Under the pieces are notes generated by a model. The model saw only the letters and a list, made by a program, of their open reading frames with translations, had not been told where the DNA came from and ran no database searches. Shown here in pieces: positions 42,190 through 53,602 of a stretch of DNA of 64,000 bases (within the stretch, counting starts at the first letter, position 1; every line of letters starts with the position of its first letter). The stretch is from Octopus vulgaris. Taxonomy: Eukaryota. The stretch lies in assembly GCA_951406725.2 (NCBI GenBank), contig OX597819.1, positions 68,944,001 to 69,008,000 of the forward strand. Direction: 5' to 3'. The position numbers and the translations under genes are program-made.

Positions 42190-42821
42190 TTTATGTTTTA
42201 AGAAGTTTTTTTAAAAATTAGAAAGGGGAAAAAAAGAAAATTGCATTGTTTTTTGTAAAAGAATAATGATAAAAATGTACAAAAATTGAAAAATAAGTTC
42301 TCCGATACATTGTGAGTTCGTTGTGTATCTTGAGTTTTATGGTTGTTTACCAAAAAATTACCTTGAGGTGTTAAGATCCAAAGGGATTAAGAGCATGTGA
42401 TGTGTTGTGTTGTTAAATTCAGCATGTTGCAGGACAGGAAGTAGTAGTAATTGTGGTCCTGGTTCTTCAGTTCCTGTGTTGTGAGTAAGGGGAGACAACT
42501 CTTTTGAGTTCTTCAATAAAACCCAAATTATAAAACTATCATTTTAGCTTCATTTGCATTATCTTTTTTATATAATTGCTTGTTAACTTAACTTTCAGAT
42601 TTTAACACTTTATTTATATTATTTTCTGATAATATAAATCTGCATAGACAATTGCATTTCAAATTGTCATATCATTTATAATAAAAATGATAGTAATAAC
42701 AACAATAGTAAAAATGATATTTAAAGAATATAAGTTTTAGCTTGAAGTGATGAATGCATGGTATCTTTATATATTTGTGTTAGTCCATCCATGAAGAGTG
42801 AGGTAGAGAAAGGAAGTTTGA

Positions 42822-43330
42822 TCAACGAGGAGTTTGCATATTAAGTTGTGTTTGGAATTTTTCAATAAAGAGATTCTCCTTGTTAATTCTCTCCTGTGTG
42901 GTGATCCCGTCTTTACATTGGTAGAAGGGGAATATATAGAATTTGGGGTTTAAGTCTTTAGCACATGAGTCTAAGTGGTCACTCAGTGGAATTTGTCGGT
43001 ATTCCGGGAGATTTATTTGTTCTTTATGCACCGTTACTCGTTTACGTAACGGGAGACTCGTTTGTCCAACATAATTATGTTGGCAACCAGCGCATGTGAG
43101 AACGTAGATAAGGTTCTCGGAGGAACAGGAGAAGTTAGTCTTGATTTTAAACTTCGTACCTTGTTTGAAGGTAAATTCAGAGCCTTCAAGTAAAAAGGGG
43201 CAGGTACCACAGTTTGAGCGTGCACATTTTTTTACTGTTGGGGGTGGATGTGGTGTGTGAAGTTTGGCATTTGTCAAGAGTTTTTTTAAAGATTTGTGTT
43301 GCCTTTTGCATTTGAGGATTTTGTGTGTAT
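42822..43330 (-). CDS. PLE linker Zn motif and GIY-YIG endonuclease, frameshifted from the RT
   Basis: KRQHKSLKKLLTNAK, KCARSNCGTC, NLIYVLTCAGCQHNYVGQT..LRKRVTVH, E..FI...LN. Confidence 0.9.
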
Positions 43331-44737
43331 TTATAATGTTTTTATCATTTTTGGGTCTGTTGACAGTAGACTGAGGTTTTGTATGATTGTGGTGTATGCT
43401 TCGATATTTTTGGGGTTGTGGGTGGAAATGTATGGAAGTATTTTGAGGTTGTGTGTGGTGTTAGGTTGGGTGGTTTTCAGTGTAGTGTTGTCTAGTTCTT
43501 TGGCGCGTTTTATTCCATACTCTATAAGGGTGGAGGGATATTGACGTTGTAATAGTGTTTTTTTGAGGTCTTGAAGGCGTATTTCTCGTGTTTTTGGATC
43601 CGAGACAATGGTGCATACCCTTTTAGCTAAATTGAAAGGGATATTTGTCTTGGTGTGTTTTGGGTGGCATGAACTAAAGAGGAGGTATTGTTGTGAGTCT
43701 GTAGGTTTGTGGTAGATGTCTGTTATGATTTGGATCTTAGGTGTTTTTATAATTAGGAGATCAAGGAATGGGAGATGATGTTTGCTTAATTCCATAGTGA
43801 ATTGGATGTTGGGATGTATGTTGTTTAGTATGGTTTTGAATTCCAGGAGTTTTTCATAAGGTTCTTTCCATATGATGAAACAATCATCTAAATACCTTTT
43901 CCAGTTTTCCATTAGGTAGGTGTGGAAAACATGTCCAAATTTCTGGCTTGATATTTCATAGAGTGACAGTTCGAAGTAACCCATTATGAGGTTCGCAAGG
44001 ACTGGTGCAGCCTTGGTACCCATCGCAATGCCACATTTTTGACGGTAGTGTGTGTCGTCGAAGAGAAAAAAATTGTTTGTCAGAATGAACTTAAGAGATT
44101 CTGTAATAAAAGACTTGTTAATGCGGTCAGGGAATGTCTCTGGGTGTTTTTCTAGCCAGAAGTCAATTGCCTCTATACCATACTCATGTGGAATGTTGGT
44201 GTAGAGGTTGATGACATCAAAGGATACCAGGAGTGCCTCCTCGTTAACTGTTTTCGGGAGGTGTTTGAGCATGTCCAGATCATCCCTAATGAAACTTTTG
44301 ATGTGGGTAAGGAAAGGTTTCAAAAGGATGTCTAGGAAGTTACTCAGGCGGTGTGTTTCACAGGAGGTACCAGCCACGATGGGCCTTAGTTTTAGGTCCT
44401 CCGGTGCTTTGATGTTGATGTGGATGTCAGTGGAGAGTTTGCAGGCTTCGGTGATGTATTTGTTTTTATGGATTTTAGGAAGGCCATAAAAAAGGCTGGG
44501 CTTGCATTTGAAAATGGTGATATAATCCCTTTCTTTTTCTGTGAGTCCCTGACCGTGTTGGCGTATGAGTGTGGTGAGGTTTCTGATTGTTTTTTGCTGT
44601 TTGTAGTTGTTAATAACCTCATAGAAAATGTTATTGTTAAGCATGGAGAACACTAGGTGTTTATAAAATTCCGTGTCCATAAGGACCACAGCACTCCCTT
44701 TGTCCGCTTCTTTGATGGTGAGGTTTTTATCCAGTTG
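43331..44737 (-). CDS. PLE reverse transcriptase (N-terminally truncated)
   Basis: TIKEADKGSAVVLM, FYGLPKIHK, LRPIVA, VSFDVINLYTNIP, GIAMGT, RYLDDCF, LPFLD, YHKPT. Confidence 0.93.
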   Translation of the reverse strand, partial: QLDKNLTIKEADKGSAVVLMDTEFYKHLVFSMLNNNIFYEVINNYKQQKTIRNLTTLIRQHGQGLTEKERDYITIFKCKPSLFYGLPKIHKNKYITEACKLSTDIHINIKAPEDLKLRPIVAGTSCETHRLSNFLDILLKPFLTHIKSFIRDDLDMLKHLPKTVNEEALLVSFDVINLYTNIPHEYGIEAIDFWLEKHPETFPDRINKSFITESLKFILTNNFFLFDDTHYRQKCGIAMGTKAAPVLANLIMGYFELSLYEISSQKFGHVFHTYLMENWKRYLDDCFIIWKEPYEKLLEFKTILNNIHPNIQFTMELSKHHLPFLDLLIIKTPKIQIITDIYHKPTDSQQYLLFSSCHPKHTKTNIPFNLAKRVCTIVSDPKTREIRLQDLKKTLLQRQYPSTLIEYGIKRAKELDNTTLKTTQPNTTHNLKILPYISTHNPKNIEAYTTIIQNLSLLSTDPKMIKTL

Positions 44738-45758
44738 TATGTACCTGCCCCTTTCTACTTGAAGGCTCTGAATTTACCTTCAAACAAGGTACGAAGTTTA
44801 AAATCAAGACTAACTTCTCCTGTTCCTCCGAGAACCTTATCTACGTTCTCACATGCGCTGGTTGCCAACATAATTATGTTGGACAAACGAGTCTCCCGTT
44901 ACGTAAACGAGTAACGGTGCATAAAGAACAAATAAATCTCCCGGAATACCGACAAATTCCACTGAGTGACCACTTAGACTCATGTGCTAAAGACTTAAAC
45001 CCCAAATTCTATATATTCCCCTTCTACCAATGTAAAGACGGGATCACCACACAGGAGAGAATTAACAAGGAGAATCTCTTTATTGAAAAATTCTAAACAC
45101 AACTTAATATGCAAACTCCTCGTTGATCAAACTTCCTTTCTCTACCTCACTCTTCATGGATGGACTAACACAAATATATAAAGATACCATGCATTCATCA
45201 CTTCAAGCTAAAACTTATATTCTTTAAATATCATTTTTACTATTGTTGTTATTACTATCATTTTTATTATAAATGATATGACAATTTGAAATGCAATTGT
45301 CTATGCAGATTTATATTATCAGAAAATAATATAAATAAAGTGTTAAAATCTGAAAGTTAAGTTAACAAGCAATTATATAAAAAAGATAATGCAAATGAAG
45401 CTAAAATGATAGTTTTATAATTTGGGTTTTATTGAAGAACTCAAAAGAGTTGTCTCCCCTTACTCACAACACAGGAACTGAAGAACCAGGACCACAATTA
45501 CTACTACTTCCTGTCCTGCAACATGCTGAATTTAACAACACAACACATCACATGCTCTTAATCCCTTTGGATCTTAACACCTCAAGGTAATTTTTTGGTA
45601 AACAACCATAAAACTCAAGATACACAACGAACTCACAATGTATCGGAGAACTTATTTTTCAATTTTTGTACATTTTTATCATTATTCTTTTACAAAAAAC
45701 AATGCAATTTTCTTTTTTTCCCCTTTCTAATTTTTAAAAAAACTTCTTAAAACATAAA

Positions 45759-45799
45759 TATTCTTGACAAGTCATACAATGACGAAAACCGGTTGAATA
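45759..45799 (+). ncRNA. Hammerhead ribozyme, U3-A8 variant
   Basis: TATTC-TTGACAA-GTCAT aca ATGAC-GAAA-ACCGG-TT-GAATA; palindromic ACCGGT at helix III. Confidence 0.7.
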
Positions 45800-45935
45800 A
45801 ATATATATTTATATATTTTATCATTTTCTCATTTTATTAAAATTTTCTTTCATTTGAGCATTCTGCATTTTTAAAAAAATTTTCCTTACTTATCATTTCT
45901 CCACGTGCGGTCAACACAACCCCACCATTTATTGA

Positions 45936-45996
<61 letters not shown>

Positions 45997-46794
45997 TTTC
46001 CTATATAATATATATGTATTTTTAACATCGCCGATTCTCCCACGCAATGTATCTGAACCCGGAACCATGTGGTGTGGAAGCAAATCCTTGCCTGTTGATT
46101 AATAACAGAGGCGTGAACTGGAAACTGCGCGTGTGCTTATTACTGACATTATGATCCTCCCAATATACAAAGAGTGAACATATTTTCACACACGACTTCA
46201 CACGAACGATCCTGCAAATGAAATTAAAATACGAAATATTTAAATATTATAATATAGAAGTTCTAGATCTCAACACATGAATCACACCTTAGTCTCACGT
46301 ATGTGGATCAATGGAAACTGTTTAATAATAGAGGCTTACAAGACATAGTATGTGGCAAGATGAAGCAAGAGGTAGACAAAATAGCACGATATATCTAATT
46401 ATATTCCTTTACATTGAAATTGAATTCACGCCTGACTCGATGTTGTCCTTCATCATGCAGGGATGACGAAAAGGTTTCAGGTACCTAATTATGTATTTCT
46501 ACCCTTTACGTTGAAAGCAGTCGAAAATTGATTTTTCCCTTTCATCATTGTCAGGTGTATGAAATAAGTATTACTGAAGAACTGAGTTAATTCAATCGAT
46601 TTTATTCTCGAGTGAAATCCACGTCTTTTGAACGTGTTATAAATATGAATAACAGTGTTGCCAACGCTTCTATGATTCAGATTAGATTCGTCTCATAATA
46701 CTGACTCACCATTCATAATTGCTTAGAAACACGATGTCTTTCAGCAACGCCGTAGCGAATTCATTACATATACAAAATAAATAAATCTACAAAT

Positions 46795-47040
46795 GTCTTT
46801 TAACACTTACTAGATTCAGTCATTAGATTGCCGACATGCTGGAGCACCGCCTGTCAAAATTTGTATTTAGTCGATATAATCGGCGCTAATTCTTGTGATG
46901 TTTTAAAAGCCTGGTGCTTAGGCTATTGATCACTTTTCCAAAGACACCCACACCGGTGGTCACGCAGTGGTAGGAAAGCAGCACAGCCACAAAGTCACTC
47001 ACTGGCGCGCGCGCGCACACACACACACACACACATATAT
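46795..47040 (-). mobile_element. SINE family 1 tail half, degenerate
   Basis: CATGCTGGAGCACCGCC block. Confidence 0.65.
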
Positions 47041-47041
47041 A

Positions 47042-47278
47042 TGTTGTGAAAATTTACGAACAAACAAAAGACGAAGACGGGTGTGTAAACAACAAACAGA
47101 TGTATTAGTTTAACGTTCTGGGAGTGCGAAAGCCTTTTACGTTTCGAGCCTACGCTCTTCAACAGAAAGGAACACAGAAATAAACAGGGAGTGAAAATAG
47201 AAATGGTTTGGTGGCTAGCGAAGGCCGGACAGAGGGGTACACAGGAGAGCTAGAATGAAGGAGAGATAATAAAGTATG
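47042..47278 (-). mobile_element. Non-coding HHR-bearing element (second, decayed copy at ~60062-60310)
   Basis: AAACAACAAACAG(A/G)TGTATTAGTTTAACG and AAATAAACAG blocks shared by both loci. Confidence 0.7.
47133..47170 (-). ncRNA. Minimal hammerhead motif, A6U plus extra-A variant
   Basis: CCTTT-CTGTTGA-A-GAGC gtag GCTC-GAAA-CG-TA-AAAGG. Confidence 0.65.
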
Positions 47279-47280
47279 TG

Positions 47281-47505
47281 TACCCCTTTAGCGTTCAGAT
47301 TTCTCTGTCAAATGCAATCATTATTTATTCACATTATTTTGAATTAATCATGCATTATCTCGTAGCTTTGTGATTTCGATAATGCGATTGTATTAAATAC
47401 GAATGATATTATAGAGCAGGTGTGAGAGTCAGGATCTGGTCAGTTCGAACAAAACAAAGGTAGAGAATTTGGGCCTGATGAGGCCAGTTTTAATCCCTAA
47501 TTGAA
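47281..47505. mobile_element. Possible decayed piggyBac-like MITE
   Basis: Begins CCCTTTAGC; the opposite end is only weakly complementary. Confidence 0.35.
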
Positions 47506-47616
47506 TATATCTGTATATGACAAGAAAATTAGGTAATTAAGAAAATATATATAAGCGATGAAAGCACATTAACTGCACTGAGAATTTCAAGCGGCATTAA
47601 ACTTTACTTATGTATA

Positions 47617-48270
47617 TGGCTGTGTGGTAAGAGACTTGCTTCCAAACCACATGGTTCCGGGTTCAATCCCACTACGTGGCACCTTGAGCAAGTATCTTTT
47701 ACTATAACCTTGTTTTACTATAGACTTGTGAATGGATTTGTTAGAACGACAGTGAAAGAAGCCCGTCTTGTACAATATATGTATATATATATATATATAT
47801 AGTCTTTCAGTATGGAAAGGACCATATTCGGTACAAATTATATAATTACAATAAAGGGTTATTTGCAACAAGTTGCATAAACCACATACCGAAAATATTA
47901 GAAATAGCAGTCAAATAGGCTACTATTACTATTACTACAAAAATAAGTCTCCACAAACAATAGTGTTTGTAGCCCGTATATGGTAAAAAGAAGGAAGACA
48001 ACGAAATCACACAGTCTACCTGGATTAATTATGGACGATCGTTTCTGGATTAGAATCGTAAGTTCAGTTCCTTATCAACATAATATTTCCCATGAATCTA
48101 GAAATGCTATGAAAAAAAACCTCACCTATTATATATCCGATCAGGCGACATCGAACGATCTAACAGTCCGCTAGCATATCCACATTTATATAGACAAGCG
48201 AATTCGTATCTCCCTCCAAAATCTCAGGTGAAATTTATTGATTTTATTAAATTAATTATATTTCACCCTT

Positions 48271-48362
<92 letters not shown>

Positions 48363-48523
48363 AATGTATGTATTTGGGTGTCTGTGTTTGTCTCCTCACC
48401 ATCGCTTGTCAACCGATGTTGGTGTGTTTATGTCCCCATAACTTATCGTGTCGGCAAAAGAGAACGATAGAGTAAGTACTAGGCTTACAAAGAATAAATC
48501 CTGGGTTCGATTTGTTCGACTAA
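47617..48523 (+). mobile_element. SINE family 1 split by an insertion in its internal (TA)n
   Basis: Head 47617-47770; tail 48365-48523; foreign sequence 47801-48270. Confidence 0.85.
48028..48084 (-). ncRNA. Hammerhead ribozyme, U3-A8 variant, in non-coding insertion 47801-48270
   Basis: ATTATG-TTGATAA-GGA..TCC-A-GAAA-CGATCG-TC-CATAAT; 6-bp helix I, palindromic helix III, GUC. Confidence 0.68.
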
Positions 48524-48678
48524 ATTAAACAGTGAATAGTGAATACACAAACTCTTTTTTATTATCTATGTAGCCATTTCATTTCTTAAATATAAGTATT
48601 AAAACGACTGCATGAATAATAAAAGAAATTCTAAATTCTTTCTTTTGTTTTCCATCAAACAATTCGTTATTATCATCA

Positions 48679-48757
<79 letters not shown>

Positions 48758-48835
48758 CATTATTATTATTATTGGGAGAGCAGTGAATGACACTGGGGTA
48801 AAATATACGAAGCCCATTAAATACCCATCACGACT

Positions 48836-50498
48836 ACACATACTTATATCAAAATTCTAATTTTTGACAACATTGCTTTTTTTTAAAAAAACATTGCTTT
48901 TTTTAAAAAAATGGGTGCACTAATAAAAATATATACGAAAGACATATAAAATAAAATATAACACCCTATTTTTGATCATTTATAAATAATCAAGGTAATC
49001 CTATACAATACAATAACATGAAATAAACAAAGTCGAAGGTTTTTCCTAATGTATATGTAGAAACATAAGACTTTGCTATACAGATTAAAATCCGCATAGT
49101 TTGAAACAAAAACAAAATCCATCGTAGCGCTCACAGTTCAAGAGTCAAAATCAAAATTTCAAAAATCAAAAATACAAAATATATACTCTATTCATATGGT
49201 ATATTTATATTCGACATTTTAAATTTAGCCGCGTGCCTACATAAGTTCATTAGCTCACTTCTTTGATTCAAAGAATTATTGTCTTTGAATAAGATGTACA
49301 TTTTCTCTGATAGGCAAAGTTTGCACTTGAAATTATTTTTGTATGCTCCATGCCTGTATGGTGCCGCCCTGTCCAGAATGCTCCATGTCACGTTGAAAGG
49401 TGGGGTTTCCTTTTCTTTTAGTTCCCAGACATATTTTGCTAGGCTGGTCCTCTTCCTATTCTCTGGGTATTTAAATGAATTTTTATGAGAATAAAATCTT
49501 GTTTTAAATGAATTTTCTGAAGCCCCTGTGTATGTCTTGTATTCCGATGAGCCTTCCACTTGCACCTTGGCTCTATAAACTACTCCTTTCACTAGACATT
49601 TCCCTTCTAACGGACAGGAGCTTTCGTTTTTGAAATTGCATTTCTTAATGGGCTCGGCACCATGTCTAATCTCAATTAGCTTCCTATTATGTTGGCTAAT
49701 GTAAGAGGCGAAATATCTGCAACAAGAATAGCTAACCTTCAGGGTTCTTCTATTAAATATCCGATAGAATTTATGACCCTGCTTAAAATGCTTAGAGACT
49801 AATCTCAAAAATTCCTTACCTATATTAGTCTTTACAGCCAAACTGAAAGCCGGGTTGAACCACAAAACTTTCCTGGTCCTAGTTCTTCGTGCAGCATTAT
49901 TATCAGCATTAAGCTGGTTGTACTGGATCTTCTCAGAGAATCCACTATTCTTTAATGCGCTATCGTAATAAGGTGCAGCATTATGGAATGCTGCCTCGTC
50001 CGAAGAAATTGAAGATATTCTTCAACCTACATTGCTGACTAAGTTCCTAAGAATAACTGGTGGATGGTTCGAATCTTTGCTAATATACGATAGCTTTTCA
50101 TTGGGCTTACGGAAAGGTTTAAATCTATCCGACCTTACATTAAAATTAACGTCTAAAAAAATCTACACTATTCAGGTTAGCATCTATCGTAACCCGTAAG
50201 CCCATCCTTTGAAAGAAAGCTATAAGGTCCTTCCTAAGTCTATCTGATTCATGGCCGTTTAGATTATGCGTGGCTATAAGGCCTTCATCCCTATATAAAC
50301 CTTTGTTTATTTCATGTTATTGTATTGTATAGGATTACCTTGATTATTTATAAATGATCAAAAATAGGGTGTTATATTTTATTTTATATGTCTTTCGTAT
50401 ATATTTTTATTAGTGCACCCATTTTTAAAAAAAAGCAATGTTTTTTTTACAAAAAAGCAATGTTGTCAAAAATTAGAATTTTGATATAAGTATGTGTA
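48836..50498 (-). mobile_element. 5'-truncated Penelope-like element (Naiad-like) with ~195-bp inverted duplication
   Basis: RT remnant from YRDEGL (~50295); 48836-49031 is the reverse complement of 50301-50498. Confidence 0.9.
49188..49865 (-). CDS. PLE C-terminal linker and GIY-YIG endonuclease
   Basis: WFNPAFS...KTNIGK, CPLEGKC, VVYRA..YTGASENSFKTRF..H, CKLCLSEK, LNQRSEL..CRH. Confidence 0.88.
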   Translation of the reverse strand: MWFNPAFSLAVKTNIGKEFLRLVSKHFKQGHKFYRIFNRRTLKVSYSCCRYFASYISQHNRKLIEIRHGAEPIKKCNFKNESSCPLEGKCLVKGVVYRAKVQVEGSSEYKTYTGASENSFKTRFYSHKNSFKYPENRKRTSLAKYVWELKEKETPPFNVTWSILDRAAPYRHGAYKNNFKCKLCLSEKMYILFKDNNSLNQRSELMNLCRHAAKFKMSNINIPYE

Positions 50499-51197
50499 TA
50501 GCCATGGATATGTATTTGTAAGCATGCGTATCTGTGTATGTGTAATTGAGCGTATGTTTGTGCTTAAGCACACATATACACGACTGTATGTATATGTATC
50601 CATTCGAACTTGTGTATTTGTATACTTGTCCCCAAATATGTCAATAATGCCGTTACACAGCTTGTATACATAATTTTTTCTTATTTCGTTTTTCCCCCAC
50701 CCCTCCTTCGTTCCTTTTTCTCTCTCTTCCTTTCTTTCGTACCGCCCCCCCTTACTCAGTATATGAGAATCGCTACATAGTTGTTTTTAACTTGCATGCG
50801 AGATGGTTTGCGTGAATATATGTACGCATGCATTTATGTATATATTTAGATTTAGATTTATACGTCTGTATATGTATGGCGTTTGCACGCATACTTCTGT
50901 GTATGCTGATATATATATCTACATTTTAATATAAATATGTATTGCAGTGTAATATTTATAACAGGTTTAATTTCTATGCATTAATTTATATCTTCTTCAT
51001 TAACGCCAATATGTATTTTATTCAATGTAAGGTTTTTTCCTCGGATTTTATAATTTTTATAAGTTTTATATATATATATACATATATTTTTGACCTTTTT
51101 GTTTATCGCTCGAAGATTGACCGTTTTTTTCTAAAGGGCCAATCAAACAAGTCCATTTGTTTTTAAAGGTGTAGCGTTTATAAGAGTCTAGCAAAAA

Positions 51198-51235
51198 CTG
51201 TCTGATGAACGGCAACAAGAAACTCAGAGTAACAG
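51198..51235 (+). ncRNA. Minimal hammerhead motif, same family as 23412
   Basis: CTGT-CTGATGA-ACGGCAACAA-GAAA-CTC a GAG-TA-ACAG, followed by the shared tail TTTTGTTGAATTTTCTGCTGCTTAAAATAAAG and (TA)n. Confidence 0.55.
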
Positions 51236-51267
51236 ATTTTGTTGAATTTTCTGCTGCTTAAAATAAA

Positions 51268-51306
<39 letters not shown>

Positions 51307-51946
51307 GAGGGAAGTCATGCATTACACACGTTCCGTGGAGTGCCATGGGCCAAACAGATTTTCAACGTTTTGCCTAATGCAGTCTCAGCGGCTGATAAAC
51401 CGCATTCTTTAAGCTTTTTCTCAGCGTTAAGGCCCGTAACTTCCAGCGATAAAATATTGACACTACACATGCGTGTATAAGCAGCGTATAATATTTCCTG
51501 AAAACCGTTTTGTCCAATTTGGCAGAGGTAACGAGAAGAACATTAAGATTTTTGTCGCCGCCCTGATGATGATTCGTGTTACCAAGCACCAACGGGCCAT
51601 GTGCCGGAGTGAGCGACAGGGTAAATGCACAAAAAATCCGTTCATCCATTTTCCAGAAGTGCATTGTTGATGTTTCACGTTTCCCATCCTGCGCAACGCA
51701 ACATGTCGTGGCACAATGTCTGCTTTCTATGTCATCCATGTTACACTTGTAATGAATATTTTCTGTAACTGTCGGCATTGACGGAATACTTTGATATGTA
51801 TTTGAGCCAATAGTTGAGAGATAGAGAGAGAGACAGAGGAGGTGAGAAATAAAACGAGAAATTGAAAGAGATGATGTCAATGTATTCTCTACAGTATTTA
51901 CATTATTTACATTCGACAGATACTGGACCTCATCTTGTTTGTTGTT

Positions 51947-51992
51947 AACACAACATTTCGGCTGATATACCCTCCAGCCTTCATCAGGTGTC
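51947..51992 (-). ncRNA. Minimal hammerhead motif with extra A
   Basis: GACAC-CTGATGA-A-GGCTG gagggtatat CAGCC-GAAA-TG-TT-GTGTT. Confidence 0.7.
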
Positions 51993-52054
51993 TTGGAGAC
52001 ATTTCGAACATGGTTTCTCATTCCTGAGGTAGTTTTCCGATGTTGTTATTGTTA

Positions 52055-52134
<80 letters not shown>

Positions 52135-52688
52135 GAGTGAGAGAGCAGTGCATGCCATCAAAGTGACACTGGGGTAAAATATACGAAGCCCAATATACCC
52201 ATCATGACTACCCGTCTGATAAAGGTATACCAGCCACATGCATCACAACCATATGTGCGCGACATGGTGATCTCATATCAAGATAAACAGCACATGACCT
52301 TGCAGGTGGAGCCCAGTTAGAATTTTCTGCAGATCGAGTAACCCATCCCACTCAAAAGGTCCCTGAATAAGGGTTGTTTAAGGACGTTGAACGAAACACC
52401 CATGTTTCCAGAGGTGAATCACTCAAATCCCAAAGAATCCTTCTCAACACATGGCTATGATGCTCCCCCACTACTTCTGCTCGTGATCAGAGATGCACAT
52501 ATCGTCAGCCACTAAGGGACATGCTCAACTGGTTAAGGTCAAACAACTGACAAGCAAATCTGTGGTATTGAGCAGAATATTTGCTGTAGCCCATCTTTTA
52601 TACCAAGACAAAACAATGTACATGATAACACTTACAATCAGTTAAGATCAGAAGCCATGAGAGCCTCTGCCTGGTACTGCATCAGGGC

Positions 52689-52689
<1 letters not shown>
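52135..52689. mobile_element. Non-coding ~555-bp element inserted in (ATT)n
   Basis: (ATT)n on both sides; its end GACACTGGGGTAAAATATACGAAGCCCA recurs next to (ATT)n at 48773-48835. Confidence 0.7.
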
Positions 52690-52763
<74 letters not shown>

Positions 52764-53431
52764 CATTATTATTATTATTATTATTATTATCATTATTATT
52801 ATTTAGGTCACTGGATGGAATCGAACTCAGAATCTTGGGGTTAGCAATCCGCGCTCTTAACCACTATGCCATATACCCGTCTACAACAGAATACTTTCTG
52901 AATTCTGATGCGTACCGATGCCAACTTCGCATTTTCTCGAAAAAATAAAGTATCAATCAAGCACTGAATCGATGCGAAGCGGGAATCTCTCTCTCTCTTC
53001 AAATATGGTGGCCTTGTACATAAATTTAAAACTTTTATATAAACTTTATCGTAATAATAATAAGACAAATACTTCGATTTTACAAACGACACTTAGAAAC
53101 GGTTGGTCATAATGTTGATACTCAGAGAGTACTCACTAAAAATTACTTGTGAGCCGTTCCACGCGCCATAGATATATACACATAAACCATCAACACAGTT
53201 GGAATATTTTGAGAAGAATATGTCATGTGATGTAAAGTTTGAAATATGGCGGAACTTACGAAGTAAACTTTTAAACATTTGCTATAGTTTTGGTTGCGTT
53301 TTCTCTTCGATGTTCACTACTTTATACCGAACTTCTTTTGTTGTGGCTTTCTTAAACATTCTCATGCTGTTTCACAATGCTTCGTATCAACTATAATATA
53401 CTTAAATATATGCATACACACCGACAAACAG

Positions 53432-53535
<104 letters not shown>

Positions 53536-53571
53536 ACAGAGAGAGAGAGATACACATATAAATATAGTCAT

Positions 53572-53602
<31 letters not shown>

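Larger units (their letters stand above)
42056..45935 (-). mobile_element. Penelope-like retroelement (Neptune-like), 5'-truncated, with 1.15-kb inverted duplication of its 3' end, in (TA)n
   Basis: RT and GIY-YIG ORFs on minus; 42056-43207 is a near-perfect reverse complement of 44741-45890. Confidence 0.95.
51893..52880 (-). mobile_element. tRNA-head/(AAT)n/hammerhead composite element interrupted by a 555-bp insertion
   Basis: Head 52803-52880 with A box TGGCATAGTGG and B box GAGTTCGATTCC; (AAT)n; tail 51893-52045 with HHR. Confidence 0.75.

Noticed and set aside
44657-44914. Independent plus-strand gene
   Set aside because: Chimeric frame across the PLE inversion junction
49188-49865. 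Selenocysteine-encoding Naiad PLE
   Set aside because: No in-frame TGA at conserved Cys positions here or in 2503-3110
52803-52880. Functional tRNA gene
   Set aside because: A and B boxes are present but acceptor and anticodon stems do not pair; it is a SINE-type head
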